This document shows positions 1 through 8,066 of a stretch of DNA of 64,000 nucleotides, piece after piece. Position 1 is the stretch's first letter, and each line of letters begins with the position of its first letter. A program made the translations under genes and the position numbers. Origin of the DNA: an uncultured delta proteobacterium (lineage in GTDB: Bacteria > Desulfobacterota > Syntrophia > Syntrophales > Smithellaceae); assembly GCA_963753975.1 (NCBI GenBank), contig CAVWEH010000004.1, positions 288,001-352,000 of the forward strand, in the 5' to 3' direction. The notes beneath the pieces are model-generated. The model searched no databases. It had not been told where the DNA came from and saw nothing but the letters and a program-made list of their open reading frames with translations.

Positions 1-1118
1 TCTCCCAGTTTAACGCCTGTCTGCACGGATGTTTCCCGGACATGGTTTCCCTCAAGTACAAAAACATGGGTTTGATCAGTTTTGCCGACTAAAGCCGAGC
101 CGTTTACGGCCAGACGCGGCTTGCGTTCCTCCGGCTTGAGATTACGGGAAAGAAAAGAAACTTTGGCGCTCATATCCGGCAGCATACGGGGGTCTTTGTC
201 CAGAAAGCGCACCTTAACCAGAACAGTGGCTTTGGTGCGGTCGACTGTCGGCACAATAGTGTAAACTTCGCCGCGAAAACGAATTGCCGGCAGAGCGTCA
301 AGCTGGATATCGCAGGCTTGTCCTGTGCGAATACCGGCGATATTTGTTTCCGAAACATCAACTTCCACCTGCAGTGATCTCATATCGGCTATTGTGACGA
401 CAGCGGCTTTGGCGGTTGCCACTGCGGCAAACGGAGTCACAATATCGCCGACATCGGCGTTTTTGGTCAAAACCACGGCGTCAAAGGGGGCCCTGATCAA
501 GGTATAATCAAGACCGGCTTTAGCGCCCTCGAGAGCGGCTTTGAGCGCCAGCACATTAGCTTCGGCCACTTTTACTCCTTCTTCGGAGCGTTTATAGCGG
601 GTATTAACCGCGTCCCAATCAGATTGGGAAACAGAACCGTCGGCCACAAGGCCCTGGTAGCGGACATTTTCCCGCCGGGCAATATCCCGATCCGTTTTCG
701 CCTGCTCCAGAGCGGCCAGGGCATTTACCAGATTAGCCGCCGCCTGGTTTTTGGCCGCAGTCACATCATCACTTTCCATCCGCGCGATTATCTGGTCTTT
801 TTTGACCTTGCTTCCTTCCTCCACCATCAGGGCCACCAGACGGCCGGTTATTTTAGCGGCCACCGCGGCCTTGCGCTCGGCAACAATATAACCGCTGGCA
901 TTCAAAACAGACAGAGATTGAGAGGGATAAACCTGCGCAACTGTTGTTACATCAACGGTTGTGGCCGGAGCGATGATTCCGGCTACGTAAAGGAAGCTGA
1001 GAATAAAAAGCAGGGCAATGGCTGACGCTATAAAAAATGGTTTCCTTTTTCGCCGGGATGAGCCCGTCAACTTTTGAGTCTTGTCGATTTTCAGCTTGTT
1101 TATATCCAGCTCGGGCAT
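1..1118 (-). CDS. Efflux RND/MacA-type periplasmic adaptor (membrane fusion protein); 3' end runs off window
   Basis: Manual translation MPELDINKLKID...LNASGYIVAERKAAVAAKITGRLVALMVEEGSKVKKDQIIARM...IRAPFDAVV...LQVEVDVSE; N-terminal TM, barrel-sandwich/hairpin motifs; absent from ORF track because no stop in window. Confidence 0.9.
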   Translation of the reverse strand, partial: MPELDINKLKIDKTQKLTGSSRRKRKPFFIASAIALLFILSFLYVAGIIAPATTVDVTTVAQVYPSQSLSVLNASGYIVAERKAAVAAKITGRLVALMVEEGSKVKKDQIIARMESDDVTAAKNQAAANLVNALAALEQAKTDRDIARRENVRYQGLVADGSVSQSDWDAVNTRYKRSEEGVKVAEANVLALKAALEGAKAGLDYTLIRAPFDAVVLTKNADVGDIVTPFAAVATAKAAVVTIADMRSLQVEVDVSETNIAGIRTGQACDIQLDALPAIRFRGEVYTIVPTVDRTKATVLVKVRFLDKDPRMLPDMSAKVSFLSRNLKPEERKPRLAVNGSALVGKTDQTHVFVLEGNHVRETSVQTGVKLG

Positions 1119-1310
1119 AATCTTTTCACTTCCTTCGGTTTTCAATTTTTATCGATACAACTCATGATCCAAGATCGCAACCAAAACTTGTCATATTCAT
1201 AGCAGAACAAGTTGCTTATTACCATAAAGATCGTACCCCTTCGCTTATTCTATAGTAGTCACCCAAAATAAACAGGACCTCTCCTGACGCAGTATCACGG
1301 AATGAATCTC

Positions 1311-3833
1311 TTAAGAGTCTATCTTTCGATAGAATATATTTTTTGCCAGTTCCGCCGTTAAAATATAAAGCACCATAATGATCCCCAGCATCATAAGAAA
1401 TGACACGGGCAGAGGTACAAAATCAAATATCTTCCCGATAGGTGTCAAAGGAAAGATAAGCGTGGCAATAACAACAGAAATTGTGGCAACGAGTAAATAT
1501 TTCCCCGGCCGGCTCTTAAAGAAGGGTCTTCTGCTGCGAATGACCAGAACAATAATCGCGGCGGAAATGACGGATTCCACGAACCATCCTGTTCTGAATT
1601 GATCCGGCGCGGCGTGGAGAATCAGCAACAGAACACCAAAAGTCAGATAGTCAAAAATCGAGCTGATTAAGCCAAAAGTGATCATGAATTTTTTAATAAA
1701 AGATATATTCCACCTTTTCGGTTGATTTACCATTTCGGCGTCTGTCCGATCCGTGGCAACGGTCATCTCCGGAAAATCAGTCATCAAGTTCGTCAACAGA
1801 ATTTGTTTGGGCAACAAGGGAAGAAAAGACAGAAACAGCGAAGCACCGGCCATGCTGAACATGTTGCCGAAATTGGCGCTGGTCGCCATAAAGACGTATT
1901 TCATGGTATTGGCCAGCGTAGTTCTCCCTTGATGGACGCCTTGCACGAGCACCTCCAGATTCTTTTCCATCAGTACGATATCGGCCGATTCTTTGGCCGC
2001 GTCCGCCGCAGTATCGACGGAAATACTGACGTCCGCAGCGTGGAGAGCGGAAACATCATTGATGCCGTCTCCGATATAGCCCACAACGTGGCCGGCCTTC
2101 CTCAGCGCAATGATAATGCGTTCTTTCTGATTGGGCTCTACCTCGGCAAAGATGTCCGTTTGGGTCACTTTTTGCAATAAGGCGGCGTTACTTATTTCAC
2201 GCAGTTCGGCACCGGTAAGAATTTTGGCATCACGCATTCCTACATCCTGACTTATCTTGGCGGCAACGAGACAATTGTCACCGGTTATAATTTTCAGGGA
2301 AACACCGAGCTGTTTGAGGCGGTCTATCGTTTCCAAAACTCCTTTTTTAGGCGGATCGAAGAAAAGCAGGAAACCGAGGAAGGTCATGTCCCGCTCGGAA
2401 TCTTTATTGATGACGGACTCACTTCCCATATCCCGCAGGCCGACACCCAGCACGCGGAAGCCCTGACTGCTGAGTTCTTCGAACTTCTGCTGAATCTTTT
2501 CTCCCACTGTTATCGTGTCTATCTTATTCCCGGCCTCGTTTTCCGCAAAAGGACAGACAGCAAGCACATTCGCGAGCGCCCCTTTCATAATCATTAAATG
2601 CCTGCCATCCTTTTTAATCAGGATGCTCAATCGCTTGCGGATGAAATCATAGGGAACCTCGTCCACTTTTTCATATCCCGAAATATCCGGTTGCTTATAA
2701 GAACGGATCGCTTCGTCGAGGGGATTGGAAAAGCCTTTTTCATAAAACGAGTTCAGATAGGCATGAAAGAAAACCCGCTCACTGGGTGTGCCGTCGATGT
2801 CTATTGCCGAATGCAGGCACACGGTCCCTTCAGTCAGAGTTCCAGTCTTATCCGAGCAGAGAACGTTCATACTCCCGAAGTTTTCTATGGAGGCAAGCCG
2901 CTTTACAATAACTTTTTGCTGCGCCATTATTCTGGCGCCGTGAGCCAGGTTAATGCTGATTATTGCCGGCAGCAACTGGGGCGTCAGCCCGACAGCGAGG
3001 GCCAGAGAAAAAAGGAATGATTCGAGAACAGAGCGATGAAAAAAGACATTGATGGCAAAAACGGCAATGACCAGCAACAGGGTCACTTCGAGCAGTAAAT
3101 AACCAAACCGCCGGATGCCATGCTCAAATTCGGTTTCCGGCGGTCTCAATTTCAACCTTTCGGAGATTTTGCCGAATTCCGCTTGTTTTCCCGTGAAAAT
3201 CACAACGGCCCTGGCTGTACCGCTCACAACATGAGTTCCCATAAACAGGCTGTTGGTGCGCCCGTGGAGAGGAGTTCCCGCCGGCAGCACGCCTATTTCC
3301 TTTTCTACCGGATAAGTTTCACCTGTCAGAGTTGCCTCATCCACGAAGAGATCCCTGGATTCCATAATCAGGCCGTCGGCGGGAATCGCATCTCCGGCAT
3401 TCAAGATAACGATGTCGCCCGAGACAACATCTTCCAGTGCAATATCCTGCTCTCTGCCGTCACGAAGAACAGTGGTCTTGATCTTGACTATGGCGAGCAT
3501 CTTTTCGAGGGCATTAACAGCGCCCTTTTCTTGCCAGAATCCCAAAAGGCCGCTGATTAGAACGATTGCAATAATGATCGCGGCATCTGCCGGATCACGA
3601 AGAAAAGCAGAGAGTCCCGCCGCAAAAATCAAGGTCAGGATAATAGGACTTTTGAATTGGGCAATGAGCAGTGCCAGCGTGTCCGAACGTTTCGGGGGCG
3701 AAAGGAGGTTTGCGCCATGCTGAATCAGCCGTTGCTCGGCTTCCTCAGTGCTCAGTCCTTCCTGCTTCGCCTTAAGCTGAGTCAATAAATCGATCTGGGG
3801 AATACTCCAATATGCAGGTGGCTGCTTAATCAT
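1311..3833 (-). CDS. mgtA: Mg2+-translocating P-type ATPase
   Basis: TGE, CSDKTGTLT, GDGIND, SANFGNMFS and FRTGWFVES motifs typical of MgtA/B; start chosen at ATG 3833. Confidence 0.88.
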   Translation of the reverse strand: MIKQPPAYWSIPQIDLLTQLKAKQEGLSTEEAEQRLIQHGANLLSPPKRSDTLALLIAQFKSPIILTLIFAAGLSAFLRDPADAAIIIAIVLISGLLGFWQEKGAVNALEKMLAIVKIKTTVLRDGREQDIALEDVVSGDIVILNAGDAIPADGLIMESRDLFVDEATLTGETYPVEKEIGVLPAGTPLHGRTNSLFMGTHVVSGTARAVVIFTGKQAEFGKISERLKLRPPETEFEHGIRRFGYLLLEVTLLLVIAVFAINVFFHRSVLESFLFSLALAVGLTPQLLPAIISINLAHGARIMAQQKVIVKRLASIENFGSMNVLCSDKTGTLTEGTVCLHSAIDIDGTPSERVFFHAYLNSFYEKGFSNPLDEAIRSYKQPDISGYEKVDEVPYDFIRKRLSILIKKDGRHLMIMKGALANVLAVCPFAENEAGNKIDTITVGEKIQQKFEELSSQGFRVLGVGLRDMGSESVINKDSERDMTFLGFLLFFDPPKKGVLETIDRLKQLGVSLKIITGDNCLVAAKISQDVGMRDAKILTGAELREISNAALLQKVTQTDIFAEVEPNQKERIIIALRKAGHVVGYIGDGINDVSALHAADVSISVDTAADAAKESADIVLMEKNLEVLVQGVHQGRTTLANTMKYVFMATSANFGNMFSMAGASLFLSFLPLLPKQILLTNLMTDFPEMTVATDRTDAEMVNQPKRWNISFIKKFMITFGLISSIFDYLTFGVLLLILHAAPDQFRTGWFVESVISAAIIVLVIRSRRPFFKSRPGKYLLVATISVVIATLIFPLTPIGKIFDFVPLPVSFLMMLGIIMVLYILTAELAKNIFYRKIDS

Positions 3834-4051
3834 ATGACCTATGTTAAGGAGACAGACAGACCTTGTCAATGGAAATGCGATATGAAAGTGAAACGCGTTC
3901 GGAAAGATCTTTTTCTCATACGCGACAGTAAAGGATATGGGATTCCCTCAATTATCTGGACGAAATAACTTCCTCTTTAGGATTTCTTGACCGGTCGAAA
4001 GCGATATGCAAATCAGCGAAATTTTCAATATACAATTCCGCGGCTCTATAA

Positions 4052-4408
4052 TCATTCTTCCTGGCCGGGAACAATGATGCGGGAAGCTTCCTGCCTTTGG
4101 ATTTCCTTCGCTTCAGCAATCATCGCCTGAACCGCTTTTTCAATAGCCGCGGGCAACTTGTCCACTGCTTCGCTGAGAGTCTTTGCTCCTTCAATGACGC
4201 ACTGAACCGGAATCGGTCCTTTAGCAGTCATCAGTTGAGTCAGTCCGGTAAAGACAGGCTCCCTGCTTCCATCGATTGAGCCGTCGATTTTGACCGGTGT
4301 AAGGCATCGGATTGTGGCATACGTCAGGTCGGTGAAAGCTTCTTCTTTGTAAAGGTTTTCTTTATTTACTTTAACTTCTGTTATTTTGGGTCCGTCAGCG
4401 ATACTCAT
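4052..4408 (-). CDS. Conserved hypothetical cytoplasmic protein
   Basis: 118 aa ORF with AAGGAG RBS; C-terminal EASRIIVPG. Confidence 0.7.
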   Translation of the reverse strand: MSIADGPKITEVKVNKENLYKEEAFTDLTYATIRCLTPVKIDGSIDGSREPVFTGLTQLMTAKGPIPVQCVIEGAKTLSEAVDKLPAAIEKAVQAMIAEAKEIQRQEASRIIVPGQEE

Positions 4409-4728
4409 GGGTTGTCTCCTTCACATGCTGGATTCTCCGTTCTTATGTCCCGAAAAATTACGGGAAGCGCAAACCAACAGCCCATGTTTTTTCGGCTCAT
4501 TGCTTCACTGCTACACTGAAAAAGCCGCAGCGTCAAATGACATTTTACTCTGTCGGGCTACGGGCCGGATACTTTCCTGTACATACCGGACACCGGCCTG
4601 ACGCCGGATTTATTATTATCTTGACAACAAGCACGCCCTCAACTTAATATCTTATAAAAGTCAGCGCAGGACAGACTAACGAAGACTATCCTGCTGTTGA
4701 AAAATAATACCGGATAAGGAGATTAAAT

Positions 4729-5444
4729 ATGAAAAAGTTTACAAGCGTTATGTTTATTTTATTGGTTTTACTATTTTTTTCTTCCGTTGCTATGGCTCAG
4801 GATACAAAAGGTATCTATGTAGGTATTCTGGGCGGGTATGTTATACCTAACCGATGCAAACGTGGACTTGAACGACGTCTCAACGGGTGAAACGCTTGCT
4901 AGTTATGATGCGAGCATGAAAAACGGATATTTATTCGGTGCTAAAGTTGGTTGGCTCACACCTTTCACCAATAGGATTATGGCGGTGGAATTGGAATATA
5001 ATTACTTACATAGCACCTTTGATCAGGCCAAGGACCTTGGGGTGATACCCTATAGATTTGAACATGGATGGTAAAGTCAATATGAATTTGTTCATGCTGA
5101 ATGTTCTGGCACGCTATCCTAACGGAATATTTCATCCCTACATAGGCGCCGGCGCCGGATATGCCATGATCGATGTTGACGATCAGACAATTTCCGTGGG
5201 CGGTAATCCCATCTCTATAATAGGCGGTGGCAGCCAAGGCGTATTCGCCTATCAGCTGATGGCGGGATTTGATGTAGATGTGACTAAAAACATTATCGTC
5301 AGTGTCGCCTATAAATACATTGCCCCGCAAAAGATTTCATATGATTCCAACATTAGCATTGACGGTTCGCCTGCGGAACCTGTAACCCAAGACATGAATT
5401 TCACATTCCAAGCTATTACCCTGGGCATTAGCTATTTGTTCTAA
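4729..5444 (+). pseudogene. Outer-membrane beta-barrel (OmpA/porin-like) split by two +1 indels
   Basis: TAAGGAG RBS, signal peptide MKKFTSV...AMAQ, HPYIGAGAG, YQLMAGF, terminal GISYLF; frames rejoin if one base is removed at ~4849 and ~5048. Confidence 0.8.
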
Positions 5445-5595
5445 TCGCTAAATCCTTTTGTTCCAGGGGCACTAGCCGCCCCTGGAACATCCGCATCCGG
5501 TATTCCTCTTATGTTTTTATTGTGACGCTTCTATTTTAGTTCGCATTAATTAGAAAATATTCATTGTTTAATCTTCTCCAGACTTAAATCAGACA

Positions 5596-6270
5596 TTATT
5601 CACTTTCCGGTTTTTTCTTGACGAACGGTTTAATAAGTTCAAAGAGGATAAGGGTAATGAGAGTAATCAAAAGCAGAATCAGCAATGTGTTGATGAATTC
5701 TTTATGCACAAGAAACATAATAATAAATATCTCCAGCATCAAGACTGCGGTCTCGATAATTCTACGGCGCATTACAGTATCGATGAGAAACGAAAATATA
5801 ATCACTTCCACCCAGCCTTCCGTGATGATACCGGAGATTATTTCTGTATTGAGGTTGCCACTGAGTAAAAATAAGGTCATCAGTTGAAGAAACCCGAAGG
5901 TGAAGAGTGATTCTGGAATGTACGAAATGTTCACCGCCAGGAATACCGGCATCCTGTTTCTGAGCAAACCGCAGATGAAGCCGGTCATCGCTTTGCCGAA
6001 TATTATCGCCAAACCGAAAAAGGGACCATAAATACCAAATACAGCGTAGTGAACATAAGGATAGATGGAGCCGATGGCTCCGGTAATCAGCCCATAAAAC
6101 GGCCCGAAGGCCAGCGCAACAACAAAGGTGGCCAGGTGTGAAAAATCAAAAGTTACCTGCGGGTGCATCGGAGTCAGGAGACTGGATAAAAAAGAAAGAA
6201 GGTTACCCAGTATACCCGCAGCTATGGCAGCCAGTACTTTTTTCATCCGGTCGTTGAGGTTGAAAGTCAT
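5596..6270 (-). CDS. ECF transporter S-component-like membrane protein
   Basis: Multi-TM; FDFSHLATFVVALAFGPFYGLITGAIGS resembles S-component helices. Confidence 0.6.
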   Translation of the reverse strand: MTFNLNDRMKKVLAAIAAGILGNLLSFLSSLLTPMHPQVTFDFSHLATFVVALAFGPFYGLITGAIGSIYPYVHYAVFGIYGPFFGLAIIFGKAMTGFICGLLRNRMPVFLAVNISYIPESLFTFGFLQLMTLFLLSGNLNTEIISGIITEGWVEVIIFSFLIDTVMRRRIIETAVLMLEIFIIMFLVHKEFINTLLILLLITLITLILFELIKPFVKKKPESE

Positions 6271-6365
6271 GGCGGCATCCTAAAAAATAATTCATTTTAA
6301 AACTATGTGTTTAACTATACTCGCATAGCTCAAGTTTTATAATATTCAGTTTTACGTTTAGCGGC

Positions 6366-6452
6366 TTACAGATGACCGATCAAGAGCAGCAGCAAAATCG
6401 CTACAACATGTAATACCCACCACCCCGGTTGGAACAAGAGAATATATTTCAT
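6366..6452 (-). CDS. Small membrane protein, 28 aa (MKYILLFQPGWWVLHVVAILLLLLIGHL)
   Basis: Strong AAGGAGG RBS immediately after upstream gene stop; single hydrophobic helix. Confidence 0.65.
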   Translation of the reverse strand: MKYILLFQPGWWVLHVVAILLLLLIGHL

Positions 6453-6464
6453 CAGACCCTCCTT

Positions 6465-6965
6465 CTATTTCCAAAAATAACCGCCGATAATGTAAACGGC
6501 CGTTAACATGACAACATGCACAAACCAAAAGCCCATATTAGGAAAGCGGAAAAACCTGCCGCTGCGCATCGGAGCGTCGGGCTGGTTTACTGCAAGCTCC
6601 AGTTCAAAAAGGGCTTTGCCGACGGCAAATTTTCCCCAAAGCAGCACGATATCAGCCAAAAGCGTTCCCAAAAGAATTGTCTGTAGAGTCCACGCTTGCG
6701 GGGGGTTTTCAATTGTAAAATGAGTCATAGCGATTGTACCGATGATTACCGTTATGCCATTGAGAAGATAAGCAAAGGAGATTGTTGATCGAAAAATAAA
6801 TAGGACAGGAATGACGATCACGCTGATAAACCCGGCCACGAGGGGTATGAAATTTTCCGGGTCTTTGGCGAAGGGATGTATCCGCAGATGAAGGAGCCAG
6901 CCACCCACGGCTAAAAAAAAGATCGCCAAAATCAATACTAACCGTAGATTGTCTTTTTTCTTCAT
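6465..6965 (-). CDS. Hypothetical membrane protein with His-containing TM helices
   Basis: 166 aa, about 5 TM segments, GAGGTG RBS. Confidence 0.75.
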   Translation of the reverse strand: MKKKDNLRLVLILAIFFLAVGGWLLHLRIHPFAKDPENFIPLVAGFISVIVIPVLFIFRSTISFAYLLNGITVIIGTIAMTHFTIENPPQAWTLQTILLGTLLADIVLLWGKFAVGKALFELELAVNQPDAPMRSGRFFRFPNMGFWFVHVVMLTAVYIIGGYFWK

Positions 6966-6994
6966 AGTTCACCTCACTTTATTTATTTTACGGA

Positions 6995-7030
6995 CGTGTG
7001 ACCTCGTGTGACCTTCAGGTTATTAGGTTA
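6995..7030 (+). repeat. 18-nt hairpin micro-element nested inside another copy of itself
   Basis: CGTGTGACCT[CGTGTGACCTTCAGGTTA]TTAGGTTA. Confidence 0.85.
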
Positions 7031-7075
7031 TGCACTCGATAAATAGGGACAGCCTATTTTTAAAATACATATTTA

Positions 7076-7303
7076 ATCACGGGTAAAATACCCTCCGCTG
7101 TGCGGGATAATCACGGGCATTTGCAATGCCCTCCGCTTATGCGGGATCAATTCAACCTGCAAATATTGCCGCACTGTGCTGGCAATATTTGAGTTTCATT
7201 GATTCGACCTGCAAGCTTCAGCGCACTCTGTTTCTGAAACTTGGGTCTCATTACAATTTACCAATTCCGCTGCACTTTGCTTTCGGAATTGGAGTTTCAC
7301 GAA
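7076..7303 (+). repeat. Modular hairpin repeat, locus A (head-head-H1a-H2-H3)
   Basis: Near-identical to reverse complement of 11093-11243; modules shared with 51625-51850, 54331-54611, 63634-63768. Confidence 0.92.
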
Positions 7304-7390
7304 AAACAACGTGCTTAAATATACTCACAATTTTCTTTATTTCAATTCTTTTTTACATTAGTCAACGGCAAAATAACCGGATCCCCCCGA

Positions 7391-7428
7391 CGTAGCCCGG
7401 CATGCGCTGGGCAGGCTACCGGGCTACG
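7391..7428. repeat. GTAG-initiated inverted repeat (REP-like)
   Basis: CGTAGCCCGG-N18-CCGGGCTACG perfect 10-bp IR. Confidence 0.5.
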
Positions 7429-7466
7429 CTGCCGAGTAAACTTCTGCCGGACCGAAATGACATTTT

Positions 7467-8048
7467 TTATTTTTTAAAAAAGCCTTCCATAGCTATTTCG
7501 GAAATGCTCTTTCTTGCCGATGGAAATTCACGTTCCTGCTGGTAGGAAGGCAAATCTTCTTTCTTACCATGTTTGCCCACAGCAATCATTGCTTCCACCT
7601 GATAATCAGCGGGAATACGCAAAACTTCTTTGGCCTTATCATAATCGAATCCCTGCATGCCGTGCACAACGAGCCCCGCAAGCGAGCCTTGCAGAGCAAA
7701 GTTTTCCCAGGCGGCGCCGGTATCGTAGGAGTGCGTCCGGGAAGGTTTGCCGTTATCAAATGTCGTTTTGGAAATGACAACTATCAGCACGGCGGCGTTT
7801 TTCGCCCATTCCTGATTGCCCTCGGCCAGCAGATTGAAGAAAGTCATCCAGTTCTTTGTATTGCGGCGGCCGTAGATAAATCGCCAGGGCTGATTATTGT
7901 TGGAGGAAGGCGCCCAATGCGCCGCTTCAAAAAGAGAAAGTAATGCGGCTTCATCAATTTCTTCGCTGGACATCGCCCGCGGTGACCACCGGTTTAAAAA
8001 TAGTTCGTTGACATTCTGCTCGGGTTTTCTAAAATCTCTGATGTTCAT
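7467..8048 (-). CDS. Nitroreductase family protein
   Basis: RWSPRAM, APSSNNNQPWRF, DTGAAWEN, GMQGFD. Confidence 0.92.
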   Translation of the reverse strand: MNIRDFRKPEQNVNELFLNRWSPRAMSSEEIDEAALLSLFEAAHWAPSSNNNQPWRFIYGRRNTKNWMTFFNLLAEGNQEWAKNAAVLIVVISKTTFDNGKPSRTHSYDTGAAWENFALQGSLAGLVVHGMQGFDYDKAKEVLRIPADYQVEAMIAVGKHGKKEDLPSYQQEREFPSARKSISEIAMEGFFKK

Positions 8049-8066
8049 AAAGCACCTCCTCTTTAA

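Noticed and set aside
3834..4050. Mg2+ riboswitch or leader peptide upstream of mgtA
   Set aside because: No M-box-like motif or convincing leader ORF recognised by eye
4440..4480. c-di-GMP-I riboswitch-like GGGAAGCGCAAACC
   Set aside because: Only partial resemblance; the GCAAA/GAAA architecture is not properly formed
5459..5489. Rho-independent terminator
   Set aside because: Strong hairpin between convergent genes but no T-tract follows on either strand, so it is not called
7126..7395. ORFs within repeat loci (also 11170-11352, 54236-54478)
   Set aside because: They lie in non-coding hairpin repeats whose indels do not preserve frame
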